A stretch of DNA of 64,000 nt from Eledone cirrhosa (taxonomy: Eukaryota). The notes under the pieces are model-generated. The model made no database searches and had not been told where the DNA came from. It was given only the letters and a program-made list of their open reading frames with translations. The position numbers and the translations under genes were made by a program. Below, one piece after another: positions 13,949 to 36,757 of the stretch (position 1 is its first letter; every line of letters begins with the position of its first letter). The stretch lies in the NCBI GenBank assembly GCA_964016885.1, contig OZ024743.1:116374001-116438000 (forward strand), written 5' to 3'.

Positions 13949-13976
13949 TATTAGAGTCTCTAGCTTCTTGAAAGAA

Positions 13977-14168
13977 ATAATTGTTTCTACTTTTGGCACA
14001 AGGCCAGCAATTACCCAGTAGATTACTGGTACTTTATTTTATTGACCCCATAAGGATGAAAGGCAAAGTTAACCTCGGCGGGATTTGAACTCAGAATGGC
14101 CAGGGCCGTAACTCTATACGTCAAAGCATGGCGTCCGACCCTCTAGCGATACTGCCAATTCACCGCCC
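13977..14168 (-). mobile_element. tRNA-derived SINE, family 1 (octopus-like); other copies 37288-37445(+), 41180-41292(-), 51268-51460(+), 52016-52200(-), 54170-54315(-), 55688-55772(+), 57615-57665(+), 1-75(+)
   Basis: B box gagttcaaatcc and conserved body aactttgcctttcatcc..ataaaataaagtaccag..gctggccttgtgccaaaagtagaaac. The copy at 41180 has the TSD aaccacaaataat. Confidence 0.88.
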
Positions 14169-14752
14169 TTCTTGAAAGAAATAATGTAAAACTTCAGGTT
14201 AGCAAATATTTGCCCGTTCGTAAAAGTTCCAGAAATCGTTTTTAATACATTAAATATATGTATTCTGTGGATTACGACACACACACACACGCACACACAC
14301 ACATATACACACAGACACAGACACATACACATACACAGACACACACACACACACACACACAGACACACACATACACACACATATATATATATAGTACGTA
14401 TGTGTATTTATATGTGAGTGACTATATATCATATGCACGCATACACAACTACATAAATGCACATGAGAGTCCGTGTATAATATGCATGTGTAAGTGGCTA
14501 TATATACATAAACACATTTAACATCGAGGCAATCACCATTCTCCTTAATTCTCACTTGTCTAAATATTAGAGCTTAGCATTTATTTATGTTTAATCATTT
14601 CTGTTCTGGAAGGAAGGAATTATTTTGATACGGCATCACTTGAGACAGTCCGAGAATCGATTCGTCTAAAAACAGACATACAGAAGTTATTCATTTATTG
14701 TTTTATTTTGAATCCGTCGTATCATCATAACGATTTAATTACGTGCACACAT

Positions 14753-14841
<89 letters not shown>

Positions 14842-14842
<1 letters not shown>

Positions 14843-15552
14843 CTGTATACATATATCTGTATACATATATGTACGGCGTAAGTCGGGCTGTTTTTTTGTT
14901 TACAAACAAACAAACCGAGTATTATCATAATTGTTCGGTAAACCGATACGTGCATGTTTATATGTGTGCATGTATGTATATATATATACATACTACTGTA
15001 CGTCTGTATACATATATGTATGTACGTATACATACATACATACTTACATTTAAGTAAGTGCCGTCTAACAGTGAGAAATGAAATTTCGTTTCATTCTATT
15101 CCATTTATCGTTTTCGGTGTGTCCGGCCGACTTAGCTCACTCGATATGCAAATTAGGCTACTCAGCTGTTAATATGCATAAGTAAAGTATATACTTTCAG
15201 ACGTTCAACCATCTGGCAGGAAGGTATACGATGCCGACGATAGCTAATAAGTTTGAAACTAGTACATCGTTCCTGTGTCAGTGTTGAACAAAAAGGTGAC
15301 GTGGTTGCCTAAACACTGTACGGCGTAATTCGGGTTGTTTGTTTGTTTACAAACAAACAAACCGAGCATTATAATAATTGTTCGGTAAAGCGATACGTGC
15401 ATATATATATATATATATGAGTGCATGTATGTATATATATACATACGACTGTACGTCTGTATACATATATGTATGTACGTATACATATATACTTACATTT
15501 AAGTAAGTGGCGTACTAAGAGTGAGAAATGAAATTTCGTTTCATTCTATTCT
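14842..15552 (+). mobile_element. Non-coding pLTR/retrozyme-like locus, family C (terminal direct repeats; a rearranged copy with an inverted arm at 17953-18410)
   Basis: 14870-15105 is repeated at 15317-15552; HHR at 15228-15270; (TA)n flanks. Confidence 0.8.
15228..15270 (+). ncRNA. Minimal type I hammerhead ribozyme, family C
   Basis: acgatg CCGACGA tagctaataagttt GAAA ctag TA catcgt. The sister copy at 18371 has intact CTGACGA; 6-bp stem I; palindromic CTAG stem III. Confidence 0.8.
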
Positions 15553-15575
15553 ATTTATATATATATATATATATA

Positions 15576-17003
15576 TTGTTATACTCTGCGAGGGTCTTGC
15601 TGCCAATAAAAACACATGCAGCTGCTGGTTTTCACTTCAATTCATTATGTTTCCGGTTGGTTGGTTGGTTTGATAATCGGAAGGTTATTTATATATTGTC
15701 AAAGATCTTTGGTCACGCATTCTCTGACCTCCTCAGTGACTAGGTTTTTATTTTGTGTCTCTCTTTTGTACTGTGCTACACCATCTTGTTTTTGTGTGTT
15801 GTATGGTGTGTGCTTAGTTTGCGCATGCGTTACATCCGTTTGTGTGTTTCTTTTTATGTATTTATGTGTTTATTTATTGTCACTAGTTGGTTGTTTCTTC
15901 TATCTGTGTATGTCTGATTTGTTTTGTTATTTGTTTTTGTGTGTATCTGTATGTCTTCATTTTGTCCTTAATTACTAGTGATGTTGCTATTCCACTCATG
16001 TTTCTGTTTAATTTTGGTTGGAGTTCGTTTATATTTGTCGTCTCCGTGATTTGTCTGAGCATTGAATCTTTTCTCTGTGTGAATATAATTTTTATCTCTA
16101 TTTTCTCTAATGTGCCCCTATATTATATTTTGGCCTGTTGGCGGAGTGCTGATGAGTTCTTCCCATCCTGGAGAATTGGCCAGTGTTCACGTATCCTTTC
16201 TCCTATGCTACTGGCTGTTTCACCTACGTATGTCCCTCTTCTTACACTGTCCCTCAGTGCATCCTATGCTATATACCACGTTCCTACTTTTGCAGTTGAA
16301 AGACTCGGTATTCCCATAAAAACTCTAATTAACAAAACATATCCATTTCAAAGAATTTCCCTGTGCTGATAGGAAATGCATAGTCTGAAATCTAAGCCCG
16401 CAAACTAATTGCAAAACTTGAGACCACAGAGATAAAAATTATATTCACACAGAGAAAAGATGCAATGCTCAGACAAATCACAGAGGCGACAAACATAAAC
16501 GAACTCCAACCAAAATTAAACAGAAAACATGAGTGGAATAGCAATATGACAAATCGTAATTGAGAACAAAATGAAGACATACAGACACACACAAAAATCA
16601 AACTAACAAAACAAATTACACACACACACAGATAGAACAAACAACCAACTAGCGACAAGTAAATGAACACATAAATAAATAAATGAAAACGCACACACGG
16701 ATGTGACGCATGCGCAAACTAAACACAAAAGATTGTGTAGTACAGAACAAAGGAGAAAAACAATATAAAAACCTAGTTACTGAGGAGGTCACACAATGTG
16801 TGACGAAAAAGCTTTGACAATATGTGAATCACATTCTAGTTATGGAACCAACCAACCAACCAAACGGAAAATTATAATATATTGAAGTGAAAATCAACAG
16901 GTGCATTTGTTTTTATTGGCAGCATGACCCTCCCAAAGTATAACAATATCTGTTGCACCAGACGTTTTAGGATAAGAAATCTCGCAAAACAAATTCAAAA
17001 GCG

Positions 17004-17005
<2 letters not shown>
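15576..17005. mobile_element. Fold-back PLE 3' remnant: GIY-YIG C-terminus plus pLTR in inverted orientation (family D), related to the PLE at 24372-28480
   Basis: Minus 15990-16300 gives NCKSRNVVYSIGCTEG, YVGETASSIGERIREH and RQITETTNINELQPKLN. Arms 15576-16100 and 16420-17005 are diverged inverted repeats. HHR-like gtta CTGAGGA ggtcac..gtgac GAAA..tgac at 16776-16818, and at 15697-15742(-). Confidence 0.8.
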
Positions 17006-17067
<62 letters not shown>

Positions 17068-17084
17068 ATATATATATATTTATA

Positions 17085-17790
17085 CAGCTCTGAGTTTTCA
17101 TCCTCAGTGTATACTGTTCAGATCCATCCTCAGCATTCTCGTGTAGCACCCATCCACCATCTGAGTGATTTTCTTGGTCAGTGTCCAAGTCTCAGCCCAA
17201 ACGTCAGTCCAAAAGTGACACAGAGGAGTCTGAGGTTAGCTGGACATGCTCACCGACATCCAGAGTTGACACTGCACTCAGTGCTCCTGTGGAAGCCCCT
17301 ACATGGACACACTAGAAGAGGAAGACCAACGTTAACGTATGTTGATGCCCTAAGGACAGACACTGGTCTGTTGGAGACGCAGGACATGGCAGGGTTAATG
17401 AGGGACAGAGACCGCTGGAGAGAACTCGTCCATGGATCTCGGGAATTTTACCCGCCTTAGATATATATATATATACTAGCAGTGTATCCTGGCGTTGCAC
17501 GGATAAGAATATTAGTAATAGCACCTCCAAGAGAAATGTTTATTTGTGAGTGTCTGTTAAAAACTCACGAACTGGACATGCTCACCGACATCCAGAGTTG
17601 ACACTGCGCTCAGTGTTCCTGTGGGAGCCTCAGCATGGAGACACTGGAAGAGGAAGACCAAAGTTAACATATATTGATGCCCTAAGGACAGACACTGACT
17701 GGTCTGTTGGAGACAGGCATCGATAATGAGGGAGAAAGAGTGCTGGAGAGAACTCGTACATGGATCTCGGAAAGTTTACCCACCCTAGAT
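17085..17790 (+). mobile_element. Two RTE-group LINE 3' fragments separated by a Helitron 3' end (17476-17570, -)
   Basis: RSLRLAGHAHRHPE..LLWKP..RRGRPTLTYVD..MRDRDRWR, duplicated at 17570-17790; aCTAGcag..tcctggcgttgcacgga hairpin terminus. Confidence 0.75.
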
Positions 17791-17830
17791 AGATAGATAT
17801 GTTTTTATGTGTATATTTATATATAAGTGC

Positions 17831-17890
<60 letters not shown>

Positions 17891-17899
17891 ATGTGTTTG

Positions 17900-17956
<57 letters not shown>

Positions 17957-18411
17957 GGAATAGAATGAAACGAAATTTCATTTATCACTCTTAGTACGGC
18001 AGTTACTTAAATGTAAGTATGTATGTATGTATACGTACATACATATATGTATACAGACGTACAGTAGTATGTATATATATACATACATGCACACATATAT
18101 ATATATATATATATATGCACGTATCGGTTTACCGAACATTTATTATAGTGCTCGGTTTGATTGTAAACAAAGAAACAGCCCGAATTACGCCGTAGAGTGT
18201 TTAGGCAACCACGTCACCTTTTTGTTCAACACTGACACAGGAACGATGTACTAGTTTCAAGCTTATTAGCTTAGCAGCCTAATTTGCATATCGAATGAAT
18301 TTAGTCGGCCGTTAATATGCATAAGGAAAGTACATACTTTCAGATGTTCAACCATCTGGCAGGAAGGTATACGATGCTGACGATACGGTGCTGAAGAAGC
18401 TTGAAACTACA

Positions 18412-18442
<31 letters not shown>

Positions 18443-18444
18443 GT

Positions 18445-18660
18445 GAAGGCGTGTGGCTGAGTGGTTAGGGAATTGGATTCGCAATCGTAAGGTTGTGAGT
18501 TCGATTCCTGGACCAGGCGATGCGTTATGTCCTTGAGCAAGACACTTTATTTCACGTTGCTCCTTCTACCTGGAGTAGAAGGATAGATAGCATTAGCAAT
18601 TGGAAAGACCAACGGAAACATTGTTCCGACGGTCCGATTTGACGAAAGTCGATCGTTCCT
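18445..18660 (+). mobile_element. tRNA-derived SINE, family 2; other copies 21408-21625(-), 34343-34560(+), and a degraded relative at 54660-54855(-)
   Basis: A box tggctgagtgg, B box gagttcgattcc, conserved gtccttgagcaagacacttt body; three similar copies next to (TA)n. Confidence 0.9.
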
Positions 18661-18669
18661 TATATATAT

Positions 18670-19586
18670 AAAAAGTTTGTCCTTCATCATTGATCTTCCA
18701 ACCATCATAGGCATTTCATCGCTTTAAAGACCATATACCTCCGGTTGGTGCGAGCAACGGCTAAAAAAAGTCGTTGGGACACGTAAATAAAGGGGACGCG
18801 AGGGTAAACAAACAAAATGGTGAAGCAACAGAAAGTGAGGTAGAAAGAGACAAGTCCCAGATTTCTATGAATTTAAATTCGGTGAAATCGTGAACGAGAG
18901 AATAAAGACCATCAAACCTGGTTGAAATGTGAGCAAGGAAGGAATTTCGCACAGCAACTCCGCAGCGCCCTTATTATCATATGTACACATATTTTTTCCT
19001 CTGCTGCTACACGTCTTTTTCGTTCTATGTATCATTACACTTTCTAGCAGTCTCTCTCTCTGTTAGCCTCTTCCTCACCCTTCACTCACTCATTCTCTGT
19101 CACTACCTCTCCTCCTCCTCTTTCTTCCCGTTTGACCTGTGTATAATTCTTTTGTCTCGCACGCTCGACCAAGCTGGTATGAATTTTTTCTCTCGTCTAC
19201 GATTTCACAGAACTTATGTTTACCGAATTCGCAGACCAGACCCCTTCTTCCTCCCGTTAGACCTGTGCAAAATTCCTTCTTTGCTCACATTTCAACCTGG
19301 TTTGATGGTCTTTATTCTTTCGTTCACGATTTCACCGAATTTAAATTCATAGAAATCTGGGACTTGTCTCTTTCTTCCTCACTTTCTGTTGCTTCACCAT
19401 TTTGTTTGTTTACCCTCGCGTCCCCTTTATTTACGTGTCCCAACGACTTTTTTTAGCCGTTGCTCGCACCAACCGGAGGTATATGGTCTTTAAAGCGATG
19501 AAATGCCTATGATGGTTGGAAGATCACTGATGAAGGACAAACTTTTTTCATATGTAAGCCATTTGCAACTCCGCAGCGCCCTTATT

Positions 19587-19590
<4 letters not shown>
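18670..19590. mobile_element. Fold-back pLTR-like locus, family L
   Basis: 18670-18952 is the reverse complement of 19265-19548. gcaactccgcagcgcccttattatcat is directly repeated at 18953 and 19565. Only a CTGATGA half-motif is present near 19527. Confidence 0.7.
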
Positions 19591-19668
<78 letters not shown>

Positions 19669-19682
19669 TATATATATGTATA

Positions 19683-19743
<61 letters not shown>

Positions 19744-19753
19744 TATATGTATA

Positions 19754-19812
<59 letters not shown>

Positions 19813-20159
19813 GTGTGTGTGTGTGTGTATGTGTGAAATGTGGCGAAGATGATACGTCAGCAATTAGGTGTTGGTCTTATGCAGACAGCCAGGCATACAT
19901 ACAGATATCATTACGGCGCGACGGAGATCGATAACTGGCGTCTAACACCCCTTTAACAACAGAACATTTAAAAGTAAAAGTTAATATCTTTACACCGCAA
20001 GGTATATCGAAATGCAAGTTTGAAGACAATCGGAGTAGAAATTTGGATTTGTATAGACTTTTCAAAAATGAGGACACACACAGACAACTATATATATATA
20101 TATATATTATGATGAAATGACAGCAGGCTCGACTTGTGTAAATCCTTGAAAGGTTTATT

Positions 20160-20217
20160 ATACTATGATCATTTCAATGACCGGGTTCCGTATGAACCCG
20201 GTGATATCATCAGGTAT
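20160..20217 (-). ncRNA. Type I hammerhead ribozyme, family E, at the 3' end of a pLTR-like remnant (20105 to ~21050)
   Basis: atac CTGATGA tatcaccgggttc atacg gaacccggtcatt GAAA tgatca TA gtat, then AATAAA; intact core and palindromic TGATCA. Confidence 0.88.
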
Positions 20218-21345
20218 TCGAAATATAATAAATGAATGTAATAGATAAAATCCATGGGGCTGAAAATCAAAGACGGGAAGACGCCCGCCAACATCTTCCA
20301 CCTTTGCCGGTCGCCCTCAAGTGAGGTGGCTAAAGCTTATAGTGTGCTACTACCGGTCAAATAGAGGAAAACAGAAAGGGAGAGGAAGATAAGTCAGCGT
20401 TAATATCATGCCACAAGAAACAAGAAGGGGGAAGGAAGAAAAGGAAGAAGAAGAAAAGTCAGGGTTAGTGTCCAGCTACAAGAAGAAAGACAGAAAGAAA
20501 GAGGACGAAAGGTCGGTACTAATGTCAAATTACACTCAGGCCAGGAATGTCGTGAAAAATTTTTATTCTACGGGACCCGTATTTTAACAACTACTACCGG
20601 TCAAATATAGGCAAACAAAAAGGGGGAGGAAGATAAGTCAGAGTTAATATCATGCCACAAGAAGAAAGACAGAAAGAGGAGGGAAGAGAAGGAAGAAAAG
20701 GAAGGAGAAGAAAAGCCAGGGTTAATGTCGAGCTTCAAGAAGACAGAAAGAAAGAGGAAGAAAGGTCGGTACTAATGTGAGACTACAGTCAGGCCAGGAA
20801 TGGCGCGAAAAAATGTTTTTCTAAGGGACCCGTATCTTAGCAGAGTTAAATATAGTGGGGGTCTGTATGTGATAATGTGTGAGCAGAAGATTGGAACGAA
20901 ACATTTTTGTTTAAATTTATGGGATGAGGTTAAAAAATTAATATTTAATATTAACATTATAACATTAAAGAAATTAGAAAATTGAAAGTTAAACAGTTTA
21001 ACATTTTTAAGGTTGCGAGGTTTAAGCAAAGAAAGAATCTTTTAACTCCATACTAGCACCACCAACTACAAAAACAAAGACCGTTGAACTGGTTTACGTT
21101 GAGTACTCTCCATATTATTACATTAAGATTGACCAGGCAGAATTGACCAGCTCTATACAGTGGTGAACCTCAAACCTAAATAAATATATATATATATATA
21201 AAATACACACATATATATATAGTATTGAGGGTACTATTTATGGTTATGTATGCAATAAAACCTTTGATGGTAATATATTATATATACACAAACCCTAAAT
21301 AGTGAGAGATAGTCATTAATTACTATCCTATTACCAGTAAGTTAA

Positions 21346-21405
<60 letters not shown>

Positions 21406-21633
21406 ATGAACGATCGACTTTCGTCAAATCGGACCGAGGAAACAATGTTCCCGTTCGTCTTTCCAATTGCTAATACTATCTATCGGTCGCAACTACAGGT
21501 AGAAGGAGCAATGTGAAATAAAGTGTCTTGCTCAAGGACATAACACATCGCCTGGTTCAGGATTCGAACTCACAACCTTACAATTGCGAATCCAATTCTC
21601 TAACCACTCAGCCACACGCCTTCACTATCTATC

Positions 21634-21736
<103 letters not shown>

Positions 21737-22070
21737 GTGTGTGTGCGTGTGTGTGTGTGCGTGTGTGTGTGTAGAAGAGAGAGAAAGATAGAGATGCAGT
21801 GTGAAAGGGATATAGATAGATATTTAAGGATAGGTATGTGTTTGATTTGGATGTATGATGTGTGTGCTGTACGGTGTCTCGGTGGCTATGCGCGTATAGC
21901 TGAGGATAGAAAATTGATTAGTATTTATTTGGTCTGTTTGAGGAATGTGTTCAAACAAATCTGAGGTCGTCTATGTATGTCATAGTTTCAACCTTCATGA
22001 ATAAACATCGACGCATGAATATACATAACTACTTGCACATATATATTCATACACACATATATATTCAGAA

Positions 22071-22112
<42 letters not shown>

Positions 22113-22117
<5 letters not shown>

Positions 22118-23409
22118 TTAGAGTTATAAACTCAAACAGTCTTTTACAATTAATTAGCTCAAAGAAAGAAGCATTTCTGAGCCGTGAAATACAAGTTAAT
22201 ATAAATTAATATATGACAAACACTAATATAAACATATAAGCGTTTGCATTGTAAACGACCAAGTTAGCTAGATTGAAAAATACTAATTAGATTAATACAG
22301 TTTGCCTGTCTCGATTTAAAATAATAAATCAATAAAAACAAACCTATATTGGCAATAGCCGTGATACCTGGACAAATTTAAATTTCAAACCCCAAATAAG
22401 CTTCGCAACGATAATTAAAAAAAATTTCAAAATTGCAATTCCTGTGGTCATCAACAGGTATCCAGAATTTAGCATGTTTCACTTCGAAATATTTTTGGAG
22501 GACTGGTAGTCAAGTGTTAAAGCACGTGGTTTTCCAGCTCCTAGCTAGCCCCATACTCATGCTGCTAGAAATAACAGCCTTCTATAAGGGATTAAAATTT
22601 AGCTCAACAACAGGAGCCGTTAAATATTATATTTAGAGTTATAAACTCAAACAGTCTTTTACAATTAATTAGCTCAAAGAAAGAAGCATTTCTGAGCCGT
22701 GAAATACAAGTTAATATAAATTAATATATGATAAACACCAATATAAACATATAAGCGTGTGCATTGTAAACGACCAAGTTAGCTAGATTGTAAAATACTA
22801 ATTAGATTAATACAGTTTGCCTGTCTCGATTTAAAATAATAAATCAATAAAAACAAACCCATATTGGCAATAGCCGTGATACCAGGACAAATTTAAATTT
22901 CTTTGAGCTAATTAATTGTAAAAGACTGTTTGAGTTTATAACTCTAAATATAATATTTAACGGCTCCTGTTGTTGAGCTAAATTTTAATCCCATATAGAA
23001 GGCTGTTATTTCTAGCAGTATGAGTATGGGGCTAGCTAGGAGCTCGAAAACTACGTGCTTTAACACTTGACAACCAGTCCTCCAAAAATATTTCGAGGTG
23101 AAACATGTTGATTTCTGGATACCTGTTGATGACCACAGGAATTGGAATTTTAAATGTTTTTAAATTATCTTTGCGAAACTTATTTGTGTTTTGAAATTTA
23201 AATTTGTCTGCGGAACAGGTTTGGATTTTGAAATTTAAATTTGTCCAGGTATCACGGCTATTACCAATATGGGTTTGTTTTTATTGATTTATTATTTTTA
23301 ATCGAGACAGGCATACTGTATTAATCTAATTAGTATTTTTTAAACTAGCTAACTTGGTCGTTTACAATGCAAACGCTTATATGTTTATCATATATTAATT
23401 TATATTAAC

Positions 23410-23412
<3 letters not shown>
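22113..23412. mobile_element. Non-coding pLTR/retrozyme-like locus, family F (~515-bp unit; 1.5 tandem copies plus one inverted unit)
   Basis: Direct repeat starts at 22116 and 22631; inverted arm 22900-23412. HHR-like gatacctg TTGATGA...GAAA...GTC caggtatc (8-bp stem I) at 23118-23253(+) and 22363-22462(-). Confidence 0.8.
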
Positions 23413-28834
<5,422 letters not shown>

Positions 28835-28872
28835 TTTGTATATATATACTATATATATATGTACATATACTA

Positions 28873-28956
<84 letters not shown>

Positions 28957-29051
28957 TTTTGAGTTTATGTTGGTTGTATACCAACACCTCAGCATGCAGG
29001 CTGGAGCACTCGACGAAGTGCGCAGGTTGGTTTGGTTACTCCGGAGTAGTG

Positions 29052-29491
29052 TAAAATAAAGTTAAATAAAAGTCAAATGATTAAAATTTAGCTTCGTTTA
29101 TTACTGCTATATATATTTCAGTGACAGCCATCTTTGGCTGTGACCTCTTCAGGCAGTTTGAATTAGTATGGTATAGACAAGTACATATGTTGTTTAGGTG
29201 TATGATATTGTCAATACTCTGATATGCCCAGTTCCTTGCTGGGTTGTTAATTCACTGGGGAACTGGCGTCATATGACGCCAGTTCCCCAGTGAATTAACA
29301 ACCCAGCAAGGAACTGGGCATATCAGAGTATTGACAATATCATACACCTAAACAACATATGTACTTGTCTATACCATACTAATTCAAACTGCCTGAAGAG
29401 GTCACAGCCAAAGATGGCTGTCACTGAAATATATATAGCAGTAATAAACGAAGCTAAATTTTAATCATTTGACTTTTATTTAACTTTACTT

Positions 29492-29493
<2 letters not shown>
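29052..29493. mobile_element. ~440-bp zero-spacer palindrome with an HHR in each arm (family H)
   Basis: Centre ggcgtcat|atgacgcc at 29272/29273. HHR actgc CTGAAGA ggtcacagcca aaga tggctgtcact GAAA tatata TA gcagt at 29388-29442(+) and 29103-29157(-). Confidence 0.92.
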
Positions 29494-29559
<66 letters not shown>

Positions 29560-29562
<3 letters not shown>

Positions 29563-29876
29563 AGATCAAAAGATGGTTAAAGGAGTTCAATATATTTTAT
29601 TATGCGCATTTCAAAAACAAACATCATCAAACAATAATATTTGTGTTTTCATCAGATAAAACAGGAGAACATGATATGAAGGCTAAAAAAACACTTGTTG
29701 ATAGTGCAGTTTTAAATCAACATGAACTGCACTATCAACAAGTGTTTTTTTAGCCTTCATATCATGTTCTCCTGTTTTATCTGATGAAAACACAAATATT
29801 ATTGTTTGATGATGTTTGTTTTTGAAATGCGCATAATAAAATATATTGAACTCCTTTAACCATCTTTTGATCTTAT
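29560..29876. mobile_element. ~315-bp palindrome (13-nt spacer) with an HHR in each arm (family I)
   Basis: Arms 29560-29711 and 29725-29876. tttat CTGATGA aaacacaaat..atgtttgttttt GAAA tgcgca TA ataaa at 29776-29840(+) and 29596-29660(-). Confidence 0.9.
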
Positions 29877-29964
29877 ATTATGCATACTCCAGTCCCACAA
29901 ACTGTAGAGTGCTTCTTATCCGATATCTGCATTGCTTTATTGTACTACAATAAAACTCACCTCC

Positions 29965-30007
<43 letters not shown>

Positions 30008-30016
30008 ATATATATG

Positions 30017-34170
<4,154 letters not shown>

Positions 34171-34180
34171 TATATATATA

Positions 34181-34217
<37 letters not shown>

Positions 34218-34574
34218 AATATATAGATATATACATATATGTATATATATATATATACATATATAAATATATAAATATATACATATACATATATACATAT
34301 AATTATACACACATATCTATGAATTTATATATCTTTATATCTGGCGTGTGGCTGAGTGGTTAGAGAATTGTATTCGCAATCGTAAGGTTGTGAGTTCGAT
34401 TCCTGGACCAGGCGATGCGTTATGTCCTTGAGCAAGACACTTTATTTCACGTTGCTCCTTCTACCTGGAGTTGCGACCGATAGATAGTATTAGCAATTGG
34501 AAAGACCAACGGAAACATTGTTCCCTCGGGCCAATTTGACAAAAAAGTCGATCGTTCCTTTTTATATCTAGAGG

Positions 34575-34855
34575 AAACATAATAGCACCACTGACGATGT
34601 TGCAGATGAACTTTGCAGATGAACATAATAGCACAACTGACGATGTTGCATCGAAAGAACTTTGTTGACTATATATATGTGTTTGTGTCTATATTGTATC
34701 TGTATTTTTAACCGTTGGTCAGTCAATGGTAACATTGACGACCGAATAAATTAAATTAACCGATATAAAAGACGCAGAAGCGAAAACCAAACAAGCAGTA
34801 AGTGTGTTCTGTTATTAATTATTACACAAATATGACCCTCCCCTAGTATATCTAC
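34575..34855 (+). mobile_element. Solo pLTR related to 24372-24640
   Basis: Matches the reverse complement of 24378-24640; contains duplicated cactgacgatgttgca and a ctgacga..gaaa HHR remnant. Confidence 0.75.
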
Positions 34856-35093
34856 ACATATATATATATAAATTAATAAAAACAATGAATAAAAACAAAG
34901 AAACAGTTCCTTTTTAAAATAAGGAACTGTTTCTTTTTTTTATTCATTGTTTTTATTAATTTATTTTGACTCTGTTTTCCTATGACTTTCATCGAAAACA
35001 TTTTCGAATACTTCTTCTCTTTTCATGATATTTGGATTACATTGAGTTCTTCATACGGATTGGACACTACCGTATATTTTGGTAGATTTATCT

Positions 35094-35156
<63 letters not shown>

Positions 35157-35230
35157 CACAAATATATACATACATATATTCATATAATTATACACACATA
35201 TCTAAATTTATATCTATCTATCTATCTATA

Positions 35231-35267
<37 letters not shown>

Positions 35268-36652
35268 CAATTTTAGTACAGCATTAACGAAGCTTTAGTT
35301 CGCGGCCAATCTAACGAATGCAAATTCGGTGTGTAGCTTTAGCAGTCGGATGGGGAAAAGTACCCCAGAGTAATAACAATACGTTTAGACAGCTTAGCAA
35401 ATCAAATATAGCGATCGGCAGTTCAGCCGCATCACCACAGCAACGAAAATACAGGATTCAGGAAAAGATTTTAGACTGACCTGAACAAAACGGTGAGACT
35501 GAATGCAAAATATTTAATGCATATCGTGTAGCGCACGACATACATGACATACAGCACATAACATCAGCGCTAGGTGTCTGCAAATCCAAGATCGACAAAT
35601 TCCACTTGCAGGGGTCTGCATGTTAATGGCTTTTGACGACAGAACAAAGGATTTCCTTCTTCAGCAAGTCTTGTGTTCTTTAGCCTCTGCGGGTATGCTC
35701 TAGCATTAAATTTCGCTACAGACACTCGGTTTTCTCCAAGGGAGGTAACCTCCGTTTTGGCGGTAATTTCCAATTTGAGATAAAGGAATGAATTACTTTA
35801 GACAAACCGAATTAAGCACTCAACCTGAAGTTACCAAACAAACATAAACAATTAATCAATCAATAGAATTGTTTAATTAAATTAATCAGTTAACCGTTAA
35901 TTCAATGAGGAAAAAACAAATTTTAGTACAGCATTAACGTAGCTTTAGTTCACGGCCAAGCTAACGAATGCAAATTCGGTCTGTAGCTTTAGAATTCGGA
36001 TGGGGAAAAGTACCCCAGAGTAATAACAATACGATTAGACAGCTTAGCAAATCAAATATAGCGATCGGCAGTCCAGCCGCATCACTAGTGCAACGAAAAT
36101 ACAGGACTCAGGAAAAGATTTTAGACTGACCTGAACAAAACGGTGAGACTGATTGCAAAATATATAATGCATATCGTATTGCACACGACATACATGACAT
36201 ACAGCACACTGCATCAGCGCTAGGTGTCTGCAAATCCAAGATCGACAAATTCCACTTGCAGGGGTCTGCATGTTAATGGCTTTTGACGACAGAACAAAGG
36301 ATTTCCTTCTTCAGCAAGTCTTGTGTTCTTTAGCCTCTGCGGGTATGCTCTAGCATTAAATTTCACTATAGACACTCGGTTTTCTCCAAGGGAGGTAACC
36401 TCCGTTTTGGCGGTAATTTCCAATTTGAGATAAAGGAATGAATTACTTTAGACAAACCGAATTAAGCACTCAACCTGAAGTTACCAAACAAACATAAACA
36501 ATTAATCAATCAATAGAATTGTTTTATTAAATTAATCAGTTAACCGTTAATTCAAAGAGGAAAATACAAATTTTAGTACAACATTAACGAAGCTTTAGTT
36601 CACGGCCACGCTAACGAATGCAAATTCGGTCTGTAGCTTTAGCACTCGGACG
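35268..36652 (-). mobile_element. Family M tandem array (about 2.1 units, period 650 bp)
   Basis: Near-identical units (pseudo-ORFs at 35570 and 36220 are 650 nt apart); same 3' end as 23480-24246; (TA)n flanks. Confidence 0.85.
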
Positions 36653-36695
36653 TATATATATATATATTAATAAATATACACAGACACACACATAT

Positions 36696-36757
<62 letters not shown>

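Noticed and set aside
18445-18520. tRNA gene
   Set aside because: The A/B boxes belong to a SINE head; there is no proper cloverleaf, and it continues into a repeated body.
35570-36423. Repeated 67-aa ORF (also 23710-23946)
   Set aside because: It reflects nucleotide repeat identity, has non-ATG starts and shows no domain.
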